Program-made: the position numbers and the translations under genes
Notes under the pieces: model-generated
The model's database searches: none
What the model was told of the DNA's origin: nothing
What the model saw: only the letters and a program-made list of their open reading frames with translations
Shown: piece by piece, positions 45,865 through 60,126 of the stretch
Layout of the letters: the number at the start of each line of letters is the position of its first letter
Position numbering within the stretch: the first letter of the stretch is position 1
Source of the DNA: Prorocentrum cordatum
Taxonomy: Eukaryota
Length of the DNA: 64,000 nucleotides
Reading direction: 5' to 3'
NCBI GenBank assembly: GCA_963575745.1
Contig: CAUYUJ010000148.1
Location: 124,001-188,000, forward strand

Positions 45865-46649
45865 AAACAAAAAAAAAAAAAGGTAGACAAGGTGCACGGC
45901 CGCGTCTGATCACAACATGTCGACTCTACATTCGGGTCGACGCAAGACTCGGGTTCGTGGGTCTCGGGATGGCCTGACGGGGCCATCATGAAAATGACGA
46001 GACGCAGTCTGAAATTTGACGCGAGCTCCCACTGCAGGCATCCCACGGAAACTGGACCGTCAAAATCGAGGACCTGCTCTTCAAAAACATCGGGAAACCC
46101 GAGTTCCGGCTACGTTTTCCTGGAGGGAAATGGTGCACACCCGCGCCCGGCCACAACATGTCGACACTGCATTATCGCGGGTGCCCGTTGTTACCTGCCC
46201 TGCCGCGTCCCATGCCATGTGCGTGTCTGGGGCACGGGATGCCCTCCGAAAGGGCTTGAATCCTCCCGGGTGTCCTCTGCAGCCGATTCTGGCTGTGGAC
46301 GCGCTGATGATCTGACCCGCCCCCGGCTTCCTTTCTAAACCCACCTTGGGTCTGAGCCAATTCGGCCGCCGAGCAAACTCAAGATCGAGCCCATGCCATA
46401 CGGCGGCCGAGCGGGTTCAGACGGGAACTGCGGATTACTCCTCCTCCTCCTGCTGCTCCCAAGTCCGCTGCAACTCACTCATGTTCACCCACCAGAACCC
46501 CTCCCGGGGTGCACCCTGGCCTGAGTTTCAAAGGGGGTCCAGCCATGGCCACGGGAAGTCCCAAGGAGGCCCGAAAAGATCTCGAAACGTGAAGGCAGGC
46601 CGCCGTTGACATGGCTGGTCTTCCTCCGAGATCGAGCTCCTGTACCTGC

Positions 46650-48774
46650 GGCAACGCACGGGTGTCCCGTTGCGTCCCGCCGACGTCGCCAGCGACGCGT
46701 GCCTGCGGCCGCCCTCAGGCTGAGCTCCCAGCGCAAGCTAGCCATGTCCAGCTGATCGTGGAGCACGCGCGCGATGGGATTGAGCGCGCACCTCGACAAC
46801 ATCAGGTCAGGCAGGCAGGGGTTCTCTCGACAACCATTCGAGCGTCAACTTCCTGTCCTTTGCGTTCTTCTCTGCGAAGCTCGGCTCCGCGTCAGCGCGG
46901 CCAGTGTTGTCGACGACCTCATGTCCATCAGCTGGAGCAGCGTCGGCGGATGTCTCCACCCCTGGCCCGTGATGGACGCGCGCGACATCATCGACCCCGC
47001 CGTCTTCCAAAACACCAGTGGCACAATCGGCGCCCACCGCCCCGCCAATGGGGCCCGCGGGAGGTAATTCTTTGCCGGGAGTTCAAGAACACAAAGGATA
47101 CGTCGCAGACGCCAGCCCGTGAATTGCTTCGAGGCGCCCCCAAAAGTCAACTGCAATCTCTGAGCCCGTCCACCGATGTCTCAGCCACGCGCTAGGCTTT
47201 GCGCTCGCCGGGGCGACGCTGAGACCGTTCTCGATGACGGTTGCCACTGCAGCTATGTCGATGTCGGTCACAAGCACGTTGGCACGCATGCCTCGGCTTA
47301 ATCTCGGTTCCTCCAGTCACCACGTGGAAGACAATCGACAACTACTTTCTCCACCTCACTGTCAGGGCCAGCCTCGAAAAAAAACATATTGATGACAGAT
47401 CTCTTGTACTGAACAGCGTCATCTGGCCGCCCCTCGGGGACGAGCTTGATCCTGCACTTGATCACGTGCCTCAGGCACTTCCTAAAATGATTCGAATAAC
47501 CGCTGAGCTGCAAGGAGAGAGACGGGTGAATCACCTACGAAATCGTGCGTGGCATGAGACTCTCAAACGTCTTGCTGTGGATACCTGCTGCCGCGTGAAC
47601 TTCGGAGAACGAGCGCAGGGACTCCCATCCATGTCGGTCAGATGCGATGCTGTTCTTCACGGCGATGTTGGGCTTCCCGGAGTCAGAGCAGCAGAGGCGC
47701 GTCCGTTGTTTGAAGCCGTCGTTGTAAGTGGGGACCGCGCAACTCCGTAGCACCGGTTTCTTGCACACTGGCGCAGCCGTCGACTCCATCGGCTGAAAAG
47801 GGGGCACACCGTGTTCCGACAAAGCCGAACTGGGACATCGCCAACATTGACGAGCAACCACACTGCCTGGTTAATATGAGTGAACTTCGTGACCATCGCA
47901 GCACTTCGTTCTTGAGCAGCGAGGGCGCGCATGAGCTGAAGTGCCCTGCCAAACGGCAGGGGGGCCAGAGCGTGGATATGGACATCACTTGCGGATCCTA
48001 CAGCCGCATCTCCCCTCAGCGTCGTCTTCATGGGAGTCTCGTCGTAGCGTTGCGTATCGGCGTACAACAAGCACCGTTCTCTGCCGAAAGACTCCACCAG
48101 GGCGCCCTCGAGCTGCTTCCGAAACTGAACCTGGCACAGGAAATACGCCTCAGCAAAGCGGTGAAGCGCTTTCTGCAGGACCTGGCGGTCGTGGCCTGTC
48201 TGCCTGGCGATCTGAGACCAGTTCAGCACGAGCCCAGAGGAAATGCACCAATATCGAGCCACATCCAGGATGATAGGACGCTGCACCGCACCAGGTGGCA
48301 TCCCCATGGCGACCCACGACTCAACGTGAAATGATAATGTGCTGGGCGGCGCAAGGGATACAGCAGAAACTGGCATGTTCTTATTCCATTCCCTCACGAT
48401 CACACCCGTGTGTCTGGTCACCAGCTGTGCCGCGGGCGCATGAGAATCAGGCTCCGCTGGCATCGGTGGCGAGTCCAGATTCACTGATTGCGAATCAAAT
48501 TCATCTGAAATGAACGCACCCACGACGCTGGACGACGTGTTATCATTCTTTTCTGTGGCGGCTGGGGTGCCAGAGAGTCTTCAAGCGCGTGCAGCAACAT
48601 GTTCGGCTCGGTGGCGGCGGCTGGTGCATCTGGGGCCAAGCTGGCTGCGTCTATGGCCGCCACCGAACCCCATGGGTCCACCTCGGGCGGTTCAGGCTCC
48701 ACTGCGACTGTCGCTGCCGCGGCAGCCCACATGATGCAAACGATGGACATATCTGAACGAATACGGAGGGTCAT
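46650..48774 (-). pseudogene. Second, divergent DDE (hAT-like) transposase-type pseudogene, apparently 3'-truncated
   Basis: Across frameshifted ORFs: HTH-like WSQIARQTGHDRQVL, then RYDETP, CSDSGKPN, FSEVH (CxxH position) and RHRWTG (RW motif). A 19/22 SL relic lies upstream. Several stops. The family call is inference. Confidence 0.55.
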
Positions 48775-48804
48775 CACGTTCAGAAAGGAGATGGGCCAGA
48801 ACCT

Positions 48805-48826
48805 CTCGAGCCCAAATGGCTAAGGA
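48805..48826 (-). other. Spliced-leader relic upstream of the second DDE-like gene
   Basis: TCCTTAGCCATTTGGGCTCGAG, 19/22. Confidence 0.85.
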
Positions 48827-51800
48827 CGGGAGGGTGTACAGGGGGGAGCAAAGGGGGCGTGGGGTGGGTCACCGTTCCGCGAAAATGCACGGACGCGGCA
48901 AATGATTATTGGGAGATCTGGGAGGGGCATTTTTGGGGCGTCGACCGCACTGTGCTGGGGGTCTCTCGGCAAGGCGCAACATTGCAGCTTAGCCCACGTT
49001 AGTTGACCTGGAACGTCGTCTGGCGAGGCGCAGCATCGTGATGCAGCAACGGGAGTCGCAGACATAGTAAGCTCTGGGCCAGGCGCGGAATTGTAAGGAA
49101 TGTCTTTATGCGAAACTCAATTTTGCATTGGCGTTTGAAGGTTTTGCGTCGCGCGTGCCCTCTCAATAATGGGGTGCGTGGGATGTCCTACTTTCGAAGC
49201 TGGGGCACGACTCATTATACATGGGGGGACGTGTAAAGATGGCCACATGAATTGCGTTTTGCGAATTCGAAGCACTGCGCGCTACAGTTGTCAGAAATGC
49301 ATGTGGCGGCGCTCGAAATACATATAGCGCCGCACTGTCGAATCATATTTCACTTTGCCCAGGTCAGGCTTTAACAGGCCCTGGGACAAAAGAACAAACA
49401 CAAGCAATCAAGGCCATAACTTGTTTGCACATGTGGCCTGCGCGCAACGACCGACCTGCGCGGGCGTCGCCTATCCGACTCTCTGTCATACTGCCAAAAT
49501 CGCACTCGTACTCCTCCTCCCCCCTCCTCCCAAACCAACGTCGGACACCGGCGGTTTCTTGCGGGGGACAGCAGGGGATAATAAAGTGGTGAAGTAAGAT
49601 TTGCGGGGGGGGGGGGGGTAAAACGAGCTGACCTGAATGGAATCACCGAAGAGCGCGCATATTGCTATGGGACGAAGGAGTAGACGCATCGGGACAACGT
49701 TTAAAACGAGGCCAAATATAACGAAATACTGCAGGTGGCTAAACGACTTACTCTGTACAATTATTTGTCTCGCGCGTGGACCCCTCGCCTTCTTGAAGGG
49801 CGAGCGGGCGGGTTGGGCGCACCTATGTTTAACGATCTGCACGAAGCTATTCTAAACATCAGTTTGACCTACCTGGCACTTTCTTCACACATGAGGCCTT
49901 ACCAGGGGCGGCCACATCAGAAGGCTGGTCCCCCTCGTCTTCAGCAGCGGAGGAGCAGGAAACGCACGGGAGGAGGGTGGGGGGGCGCCAAGCCCGAGGC
50001 CTCGGGAGCGCCGGAAGCACGCTCACCCTCTCCCCCCCGCGGCGCGCTCACCCCCTGCTCCTGCTGCTGCTCCACCCAACTCTTCGCCCCCCGCGCGCGG
50101 TCGGAGCGCGTGCGAGAGCTCCCGATGGGTGCACATCCGACAAGCCGGCCTGTCACGGAGCGCCGTCTGTCGGCTCCCCGCCCGAGACAGTAAGCAAAGC
50201 TGAGGAGTGCTCGGGGGCCAAACTGCGGGAGGCTCGTCTCTTGACGACTCTGGCGCCGGGTCCCGACACCGTGCTGACCGTTCAGCCTTGCACGGTCCAA
50301 GAGCAGCTCAGTTCGCATTTCGCGCTTCGCGAAGCGCGAAGAACTTCGCGCTCTCGCGCCGCCACCCCCCCCGGGGGCAAGAGAAGGACGAGGAGGAGGA
50401 GGACGACGAATACTCGCGAAAAACTTTGCGCCCGCGTGGCGGTCCTTGACGATCACGACTCCCCAGCTGCGCTGATCGCTCGAGAACGGCCGATTCCGGG
50501 CCACCAGCGGCGTTCAACCTCGAACGCAGGCGCCGGGGTCGCCGCCGCGTCGACACGGCACGAACCTGCCGTACACTGGCGCGCTCGCGGAAAAACACAA
50601 CGCCGCCGCAGGCCCACGCAGGTGCTGCGCAAGGCTGTGTAGAAACTCGAGGAGACAGGAAACTCGCGCCACCCAGGTCGGTGGCAACTTATCGGAGCCT
50701 CCCATACCATCTTGCTGACTTTTGCGGATCGACGCTGATTGACGCCACATCGGCGTTATATTGTCGCCTACCAGAAGCTAGACGACGCTAACGCTTTCTA
50801 AAGACGGAACTACGAGGGTATACAAGGCTCCCATGATTTGCCACCGAATGCAACCAAGTAGGTCGTCGGACCTGCAGGATCACTCAGCATCGCCTGGGTG
50901 AGCCTTCACGAGGGCCTCTGTGAACCTCCGCGGCCATATCATAAACGTGATTTCGACCAGGTTTCGTCCAGAGTTCGACCACCCCTTTTCACCCCTTCGT
51001 CCAGACTTCGTCCAGATTTCGTCTAGATGTCGACCAAATCCGACGAAAATCCAATCTAAATCCCCCCAACCGCCAGGAATTCTGGGACCCTCTGAGGCCC
51101 CCATGAAGGAGCACACAAACTAGGTCATCGGACCTGCAGGATCACTTGGAATCGTGCAACCCGGTTGGAGGCAACTGGGGGGTCTGCACTAGTTCGGACC
51201 CCAAGAATCAGTCAGGAGGGGGCCACTCAAAAAATCTGTCCCTGGACCCCTCCCAAGGTTCATCCGGTGCAGTTTTTCATCCGGGATCGATTGTCCCCTG
51301 TCCTGGGGCCTGGATCCAGAACCTGGAACCTCGTCCCCCCTTGCTGCTCGCTTGATCCAATGCTGGGTTACCTCGGACCCTACAAAAGGAGAAAACGGCG
51401 TAAACGCATACTCTTGGCGCTCCGCGCGGCTTTCTTGGATTTGCGCTGGACCCCCCTCCCTGGCGCGCGGAGCGCGCCAGGGGCGGCGCCGGAGGCGCCG
51501 CCAGGGGGCCCGAGCGCGGATCCAAGAAATTCGCGCGGATTGCCAAAAGTTTGTGTATGGCGTTTTTGTTTTCGAGACCCCCAGGCGGCTCCAACCACTC
51601 GATAGGCCATCGGCCCTGCAGGATCACTCGGCAACGAGGCTCCCCTCAGGGGCCCGTCCCGCGCCGCGGCAGCGGCCTCGGGCCGGGCGGGGCGGCGGCC
51701 AGGAGGCAGGAGGATGCGCCGCCCAGACGGGTGAGGACGATTTGAAAGGCGCCCAGGGAGACCACCAATTGCAGGATCCCCCAAGTGTCAATATCTTATG

Positions 51801-54800
51801 GAATTTTGTCTTCCCCTCCCTTGTCCCATAGTTTCCCATCTTTTGCCGGGAATCGACGTCTATATTTGCCTGTGTCTACGTTTCCTTTCTGAGAGGAGTA
51901 TTGGACGGCACCTCAGCGAAACACGGAGCCACCTGCCCGTTGAATGGGAGATAGCCCTTGCAACGGCAGGTTCACGTCGTGTCGACAGGCGGCGAGGCCC
52001 GCTGATGGCGTTCAACGTTGAACGCAGCTGGCGACCCAGCATCGGTCGACGTGGAACGATCTGAAGATTCAGGAACGGCTGGTTGTTTAATGTTGAACGA
52101 TCCCCGCGGTGTCAGAGAAACCAACGCTGAGGCCGACACAACAACAACGTGCCGTATCTGTTGCTGTAGCAGTTTGCTGGATGTCTGTCTACTACTGGCC
52201 CTGGGGTAGAAGGCATCCAGTGGAATAAGCACGGCCGAAAAAAAGGATGACATACAGAGGGAGGACGGCAGATAGACGCTTGCAGAGACCAAGGGAACAC
52301 GAATGAATCTCAATACCGGGCCCGTCTAGGAACATCCGCGGGCCCCGACGGGGCCGCCCGCAACGACTCGGGACAAATAGCTGGTTCTTGCGAAACGCCA
52401 GGGTCTTGGACCCGCTTTTCCCCCTGGGCCCACCAGCCCGGGTCGGACGGCGGGATGTCAGCCAACTTCAGCTGCGCGGCGCTGGGTCTCCGGGCGCCTT
52501 CTTGCGACGGGAGGCGCCGATGCATCGAGTAAGGCGCCCGGCGGCGGGGAGACAAGCTGCTCACAGCAAATTCCGTCACCTCCCCCACTCCACCACTTGT
52601 CGTGCACAATCGTCAGCGCACCATGCGCACTGTTAAAACATGGAGATGGCAACATCATTGTGTGATCCTGTGGTCCTGTGATCGCCGAATTAGAATCATA
52701 CGTTCCAAGATTAACAAGGTTTCCAGGACCTCCGAAAACCCCGACTGTCTGACGCGGGCTCAAGAGACGAGGGCCGCTATAGGTACCTTGGAAATCCTGG
52801 GACGCAGCCGGGGCCTATTTCATTCTCGTCCTGCAAAAGGCGCTCGTGCCTGTCAGCGCGACGCGCGAAGCGCGCCAGAGGCGGCGCCGAGGGCGCCCCC
52901 AGAGGTGGGGCTGCGGCGCCACCCAGCGGCAGCCGCCCTCGGACGGGCGTCCGAAGGTGATGTGGCTCTTGCCGTTGAGAAAGCTCCCCGACATGCAGCG
53001 AGTTGTAAACATCAAGACTGACTTGGTAGCCAATCATGGGAACCTCGTGTCTCCTCGCAATTCCGTCTTTAGGATACATTTTGGCGGCGCGCACAGGGGG
53101 GCAGGGGAGGGAGGAAGGATTCCCAGAAGCACCCCTGCCTCTGAGAAGCCTTCCCCCCTCCCCCTGCCCCATGTTTTGCGCGCCGCCAAACACCAGGGTG
53201 CGCTGGCGTCTGGTGATCGATGGCCGCACCTCGGAGGGCGGGCGAGGGCCTCGACGGCGTTCTCCGCCGCGCCCCGAGGAGGGCCCGACGAGGGCCACGT
53301 GGCGCCCCCCGAGCCCCGGCGGCGCGGGTCGCGTGCCTCGCCCCGGCGTGACCGCGCCCTGTGTGGTCGCCGGGTCTCGGGCGGGCGCTACAACGGGGGG
53401 TGACCCCTTTGGGGGGTGAGGACGAGGGCCCAAAGGGCTCCCGTGGGGCCCCTCTTCTTCAGCCCCCGTGTGGGTCGCCCCCCGTTGGCGCTGGCCCGAG
53501 GGGCATGGCCTGCCGTTCCTCCGGCTCTGGCATCAAGGCCGGCGCCACGGTGCGCCCTGGTGGGGGCGTGGCGCCGCCGTGCGCGCGTGGTGAACGAGCG
53601 AGTGAGCGAGCGGCCTGCTGCCGAGGTGGTAACTGTGGCAGACGCCAGGAAGGGAAGAGCACGAGCGCGGGCACGCTGGCATGCACGGGGCAGCAGTGCA
53701 TCGCTAAAACCAGAGCCATCTGGCCGTGGCTCGGGTGCACCTCGGGAGGACCCTGGGCAGCCTGGGGCTTCCTGTCCCCTGATGTCGAGAGTAGAGGGCC
53801 GAAGAACCACCCTCGAAACTATGTAGCACGTCCTCATGCGAGGTGAAGCCATCGACCGTGGACCCCCTTGATACCCACCAGCCTCGATCGGTCTCCGGAG
53901 GTCTTCGGCGGGCTTCTGGCGGTCCTCGGCGCACTTCTGACGATCCTTGGCGGCCTTCTGGCGGGTCTTCGGGGTCCATGGTCAAACACGTGACAGGAAG
54001 GAACCGAGCAGGGCAGGACTGCTCGACAGACGCCAGGGGCTCTTTCCGATGATGGTATCGGCCGACGGCAACGCAGGTTAAAACAATCGGTGCCGATCCC
54101 CTCAACAGTCGTCAGAGAGCTGCACGCGGAAGCCTGGAGCTCAGAGTGGGGCGACACGAATCAACCTCACAGTGTGGCAAAACAATCGGGGGAGGAAGGA
54201 GGAGAGGAGAGAAAGGAGAGAGTGAAGGAGGAGGATTGGTAGACGCCCAAGACAGCGGAGGAGACTGTGGGGGCCGGAGGGCTTCACCTGCTCTGACAGA
54301 GGGAGCCAGCGCGGGCACCTGGGCCGAGCTAGAGCCCTGCAGCCCCGCCCCCCTCTCGGCCCCAAGGGCCCTATCCTCGGGCTCGACGTCCTCGTCCTCC
54401 TCTTCTCGGCTGCGAGCCCAGGGGGGGAAGTGAGACGGGCGAGGGCCTTCTCAGAAGGCTTGGAAGGCCTCGGGCCTGCTGAGAAGTTTTCGAAGCCTTC
54501 CCCGAAGCATAGCAACCTTCTCAGAAGGCGCGAGGGCTTGTAAGACTTGTAAGAAGCTCCGCCGCCTTCTGAGAAGGCCTGCTCCCTGAGAAGAAGAAAT
54601 CGCCTGAACATGAACTTTCGGAGGTCGGCGCGGATTCCTCGGATCGGCGCTGGAGCCTCCTTCCCTGTGGAGCGGAGCGCGCCAGGGGCGGCGCCAGAAG
54701 CGCTATCGGGGGGGCCCAACGCCGATCCAAGAAATCCTCGCGGACCTCCAAAAGTTCATGATTACGCAAATGTTCTTCTTGGATCCTTGCCCCTTTCTCT

Positions 54801-54871
54801 TTTCCTCCTCCTCCTCCCTCCTTCTCTCCCGACAATTGAAGAGGCATCTCCCGACAATTCCAACGTGAACC

Positions 54872-56852
54872 TCGCTAGGTGTTGACTGCTCGATGGTTTT
54901 CACCATGCCGAAGAGAAAACACTGCCATCGGAACCGCTTCGGTCGCGAAAGCCGTGGATCAGCAGCAGCACGCTGGAGCTCGTAGCGATGAGACACAGTG
55001 CCATACGAGATGGCGACGCTGTTCGGGAACAAAATATTGCGAAACGCATCCGGATTTCTGCCGCCAGAGACAACGCGAATTGGCTTGAGAATGTCACCAA
55101 GGAAGGCGATTGGGCTCAGATCCGGAGAATGCGTAGAGGACCCCAGCGAGCTCAAGGGAGACTTCGAACTAACGACGGCGAGTTGGTAGACAGTGGCCGC
55201 AGAGCAGACACTCTCGCGCAGCACCTGGAGACCCTGCAAAGGGCGGTACGGCCGGCGACTGCGCTGCCGGACGGCCCTGTGGTCCACACTGGTCTTCCGG
55301 TCAACTTGGGCACCATCAGTGACGAGGAGGTGATGCGGGCGGCGCGCAGGCTGAGGAACCAACGAGCGGGAGGTTTGGACGGCTCGCCGCCAGAATTCTG
55401 GAAAGCGTCCGCCGACGATGGTCAGCCAGCTCTAGCATGGGTCACTCGATTTTGCAATATGGTATGGTCGCAGACGACAGTGCCAGACGCTTGGCATAAA
55501 TCACGCGTGCGCATGATCTACTAGAAGGGAGACCCTGCGGCATGCGACAATTACCGAACGATCAGCTTGCTGCCAATCGGGTATAAGGTGTTCGCAACGA
55601 TCATGCTGAAGAGGCTGAAGGGCACCGGGGCGGAGGACAAGGTATGGCCTCTATGGCCGACACAATTTGACTTCAGGTCACAGCGCGGCACCTCGGACGC
55701 CATCTCCGTGGCCAGACGAGCGCTCGAGGACGCGTGGGCCACAAAAAACGGGACTGTCCTTATGCTGGCGCTGGACTGGGTCAAAGCTTCCTATTCCGTG
55801 TCCCCGGAAGCGATGGCGACGTCACTTCGGCGATCTGGCTGCCCAGCAAAGTTCGTCGACATGGCGGCTGCGATTTACAACGACAGAAAGTTCGTTGTGT
55901 CTGACTTCGGCGCAGATCCGGAGGAGCGGCGGCAAAGCTTTGGCATCTGCCAGGGGTGCCCGTTGTCCTCGTTCTTGTTCACCATCGTTATGACGTCGTT
56001 GTTGCAGGACGCGCGCGCGAAGCTGCTCGACAGACTCCTGGGCGCCCCCGCTGCGCACTTCGTGCGGTGGTTGGTCTACACCAGACGACACGCTATTCCT
56101 AGATGCGAATCCAGACGTCGTGCAGGAGCTGATGTCGTACGTGGAGGAGTGCGGCAAACAGTACGGGCTGAGCTTGAACTGGAGCAAAGCCGAGATGATG
56201 AGGGTTCGCTCCAACGCACACGTGGTGAACAGCGTCGGTGAGACCGTGCGGGAGAAGGAGGCGCTGGTGTACCTCGGGACCAAGCTTTCGTCCGACGGCC
56301 GCTGCGGTTCCGAACTAAGATTTTAAGGTCTTGGATTCGATTTGGTCTCACGCAGCTCTGTCTAGGCATGGGAAAGTGAAGATTTGTAAGGCGTGTTTGG
56401 TCTCAAAACTTTGCTATTGTATGTTTGCTGCTTGTTTAAATCAGTCAGAGCGCAAAAGACTTGACGGTTTCCAGGCTAGGTGCTTGAGGGAGATATTCCG
56501 AATACAACCCTCATATTATAGCCGCGTGTCGAACAGCGCTGTCTTGAGCATCGCCGGGGAAAGGCCACTGAGCGAAGCCATTGCGAAACAACAGATGGTA
56601 TTTTTTGGAAACCTCGCGAGGCGCCCTGGCAACGACCCGGTGCACAGCTCCGTCCTCCAGCCAGGTGGCATCGAGCTCCGAATGCCGACAGGGACTCGCA
56701 AGCGAGGACGTCCCCGACAGATGTGGGGCAACATGGTGATGAATAATTGCATGGAAATAGCTGGCTCCAACGCCCGCCTGGCTGACTTCTTCTGGCTGGA
56801 GGCCAGTGCAGCTGCAGCGTGGGAGGCAGCCGTCAGATCATGGCACGATTGA
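54872..56852 (+). mobile_element. 5'-truncated, decayed LINE (RTE/CR1-like) reverse transcriptase region
   Basis: KPWIS, AGGLDG, *KGDPAACDNYRTISLL, QFDFRSQRGT, LALDWVKA, GICQGCPLS, YT(+1)DD, YLG and C-terminal RGRPRQMW. Stop at 55522-55524. Frameshifts near 56083 and 56320. Confidence 0.92.
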
Positions 56853-59800
56853 CGTAATGCCCCCCCCCTTTTCCCCTCCGCCTCCTCCTCCGCTCTGTCA
56901 CATTTGAACCAGACATGCTTTGCAGAGCCTGATGTGGATAGAGTGCCGAAGGGCCCCTTCACAGGCACAATCGTCTTGGGTCGCCCTCCTCGCGCGCCGT
57001 CTGGCGCAAGGCTTCTGACCTCCTCCTCCTCTCACGTGGCCGACCGGCAACTATTGGAGTACTGCCCTGGATCCCTCCCCGCGGCCCCACTTTCATCCTG
57101 GGCATTTTGCCTGACTGCCCAAATGAAGGTCCGGTGAGGCCCCAGAAGACAAAACTTTGAATCACATCGTGCTCTGATTTGTCTGGACATGGGGGCAAAT
57201 TCTGACGTAGGAAACGGGTACGGAAAAGATGGGGCCGATGCCCTAAAGCGAATGTTGGCCAAAACCGACAGCGGCCGTTGCTGGACAGGCGGATTTTTGT
57301 CTCAAGCGGACAACGTCCTCAGCGACGCCAGCAGCGAGCCCTTCAAGATGCACAGGAACCGCCGTCGGTGGTCGTCATCATTATTTTCGAGCTACCTCCC
57401 ATGTCTTCTAAAGGGCGAAGGCACAAACAAGTAGCCACAAATCCAAGGATTCCCAATATTCTCCAGTATTTTCTGGAGTTTCGTCTTCTCCTCCACTTCC
57501 CATAGTTCCCAACGTTTTCCTGGGGATCGACGCTTCTTTGTGTCTGCGTCTATTTTTCCCTGCTGGATATCGACTCGGGCCCCGAACGAAAGGCAGAGGC
57601 GTCTGGACATGTCCGATCGACGCCGTCGTCATCTTCGTCGCCGTCGCCAGGGCCAGTTCATCGGGAGCGGCCAAGAGGGGGGTGTCCAAGAGGGGGGGGT
57701 GCAAATCATGACCGGCGGCATGTGCGCGGCCCAGCGGGGGGGCCTGGGACGTAATGAAATAAGAGGAGGCGCCATGATATCTGGGGAAATATCATGGCCC
57801 CCGCCATGATATCCACCCCCCCCTAGTCATCACCCCCCTCTTTTCCGCCCCCGAGTTCAGACCACGGCGTCCTTCCCGCCCGGACCCCTCGGGTCCCTCC
57901 GGGGGTCCGTCCCGACCTGTCTTCACGGGGTGCGTCCAGCCGTGGCGACGAAAAGCCCCCGGGAGGCCGCCCAGAGACGACAAACGCGCCCAGGGAGGGC
58001 CGCCGTTGCCTCGAGTGGCTCTCCTCCGAACGTCGCCGCCGCCGCTCGGAGGTCCGCGCGGGTGCCTCGGATCGTCGCCGGGGCCCACCTGTCGGGCCGG
58101 GCCGGGCGAGAGGGGGGGATAGCAAAGAGGGGGTGCGAGAATCCGCTCGCGTGGCTGATTTTCCCGGCGCCTCTGGGCGCCGGAGGCGGCCATGTATCGA
58201 GGAATGGGCCCCTCGGTGGGGTCGAAACCCGCTGCACGCAGCAGATTCCGCAACCTCCCCTTTCCCAATCCCAATCCCCCCCTTTCGTCCGGCCCGACCC
58301 TGGCGGCGCCCCCTCGCGCGCCAGGGGGGGGGGGGCACCCAGCGCCGATCCGAGGAACCCGCGCGGACCTTCGAAAGTTTGTGGTCATGTCATTGCTTGT
58401 TCCCCGATCGTCGTCGTTTTCGTCCACGGCGGCGGGCCTGTCGAGCCGGCGGCCGCAGGGGCCCACCGTCGAGCGCTCGGAGCGCTCGGAGCGGGCCGCC
58501 GTGTCCGCGGAGCACTGCGAGTTGTTCGAGCGCGCCAGCGAGCGGCGGCCGTGGGGCCGCGCGGTGGCCTCCGCGCGCGCGGGCCCCGGTAGCTCTCCGG
58601 GAGGGTTCAGGCTAGAGCGATGGGGGCAATGCCCATGGGGGGGGGGGTAAGACAAGGCCAGGACGAGGATGGAAACGGGTGAGGATAGAAGTAGAGATCG
58701 AGGACCTCTGAGATACAGCGGATCTGGAGGATGTCTCGGGTGTCGCGGCCTTCTCAGGGCGTCACGGAACGCTCTGAGCCTTCCGGAACCCTCCCAGACG
58801 CATTTATCCTCGCCCTGGCCCCGCCCGAAGGTGGGAGGTGCGATGGTTCGCTTGCGCGAACTATTGCGCGAGCTCTTGCTGGGGGGCACGAGCGCGACTG
58901 CAGAGGGCGTACTCTGTTGCGTTGGAACAAGCACACGATGACACACAAGCGCTACTGGTTATTGCGCCCAGACCGCAAGCGATTGCCTACACGCAGAAAC
59001 TACTGCAAATACTGTTGCACCTACTCCAGCCCCCCCATCTGTGCTACCCCAACTGCTCTGGCTTGGGATCTCTCTGGGAGGAAGCCCATCGAGACAACGG
59101 CGGGCCTCCTTGGCGCCTCTCGTCCACGGCCAGTATGGTCACCATGCCTGGAACATGAAGGCAGGTTTTGGAACCCGGAGGGGAAGAGGGTGTGAAGTCG
59201 GAAAGGAAGGAGCTCAGGAGGCAGGAAGAAAGGATGTGAGGGGAGCAAGGGAAGGACACAACCGAGTGCCGCAATCCCTGGAGATGTGAGCAACTTCCAC
59301 GCCTTCAGCCTCATGCGCGAGATGGGCCTCACGGTTGGCCATGACCACGGCCCCAGATCCAAGTACGCAAAGGAAGTTTCGAAAATAACTTTTGGGGCGA
59401 AGGGCAGGGGCAAAAGGAGGGGTGCCATTGTCCAGGATAGAAAATCGATTCTGGAATGTGAGGCCAGAGGTTTCTCTTTGAGATGCGGCCTCCGACGGTG
59501 CATTGCGCACTGCAATTGTGATACGAGTGCCAGATTCGACTTGAACTCGCCAGGTGCGCCGAGGGAGGTCGCAAAAGCAGCCCCCGCGTGCACCACGGCA
59601 GTGCCGGCTGGTAGGAGTCCGGCCTTCTCAGCCACGTCGTGGGCAGACGTTTCATGATGTCCTGGCCGCCGCGTGCCGAAACCTCAGAACCCGCGTTGAA
59701 TGGTTAGCGCTTGCACAAGTGGAGGGAGGGAACACTTGAAAGGGGAGCGCGCCAGGGGCCGCGCTGGAGGCGCCACCAGGGGGCTCAACGCGGATCCAAG

Positions 59801-59975
59801 GAATCCCCACGGACCTCCGAAGACGTACGCTTATGCGGTGCGTTCTGCTTCTTTGACAAGGAGGCCTGGAGAATAGGATCAGAATGGGGCTGGGAAGTAC
59901 GAGGAGGAAGAGGATGGGAGAAAGCAGGGGCGATCGCCAAGAGGCCCCCCCCGTGACAGCAATCCTTGACTGCCT

Positions 59976-60126
59976 ACCAGACCGCCCCAACCCAACCCGA
60001 AGACCCGAATTTCGGGTTGAGGGGGGGGGGTACGGGTTCCACATGTGTTTTCACAATGTCCCCCGACCCCCCTACTGGAAGTGGAGGGCAAATTGAGGCC
60101 CTCGGGTTGGGTTGGGGTGGTCTGGT
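59976..60126. mobile_element. MITE-like element with 25-bp TIRs
   Basis: ACCAGACCGCCCCAACCCAACCCGA ... TCGGGTTGGGTTGGGGTGGTCTGGT (24/25). A second diverged copy lies at ~44820-44960. Confidence 0.7.
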
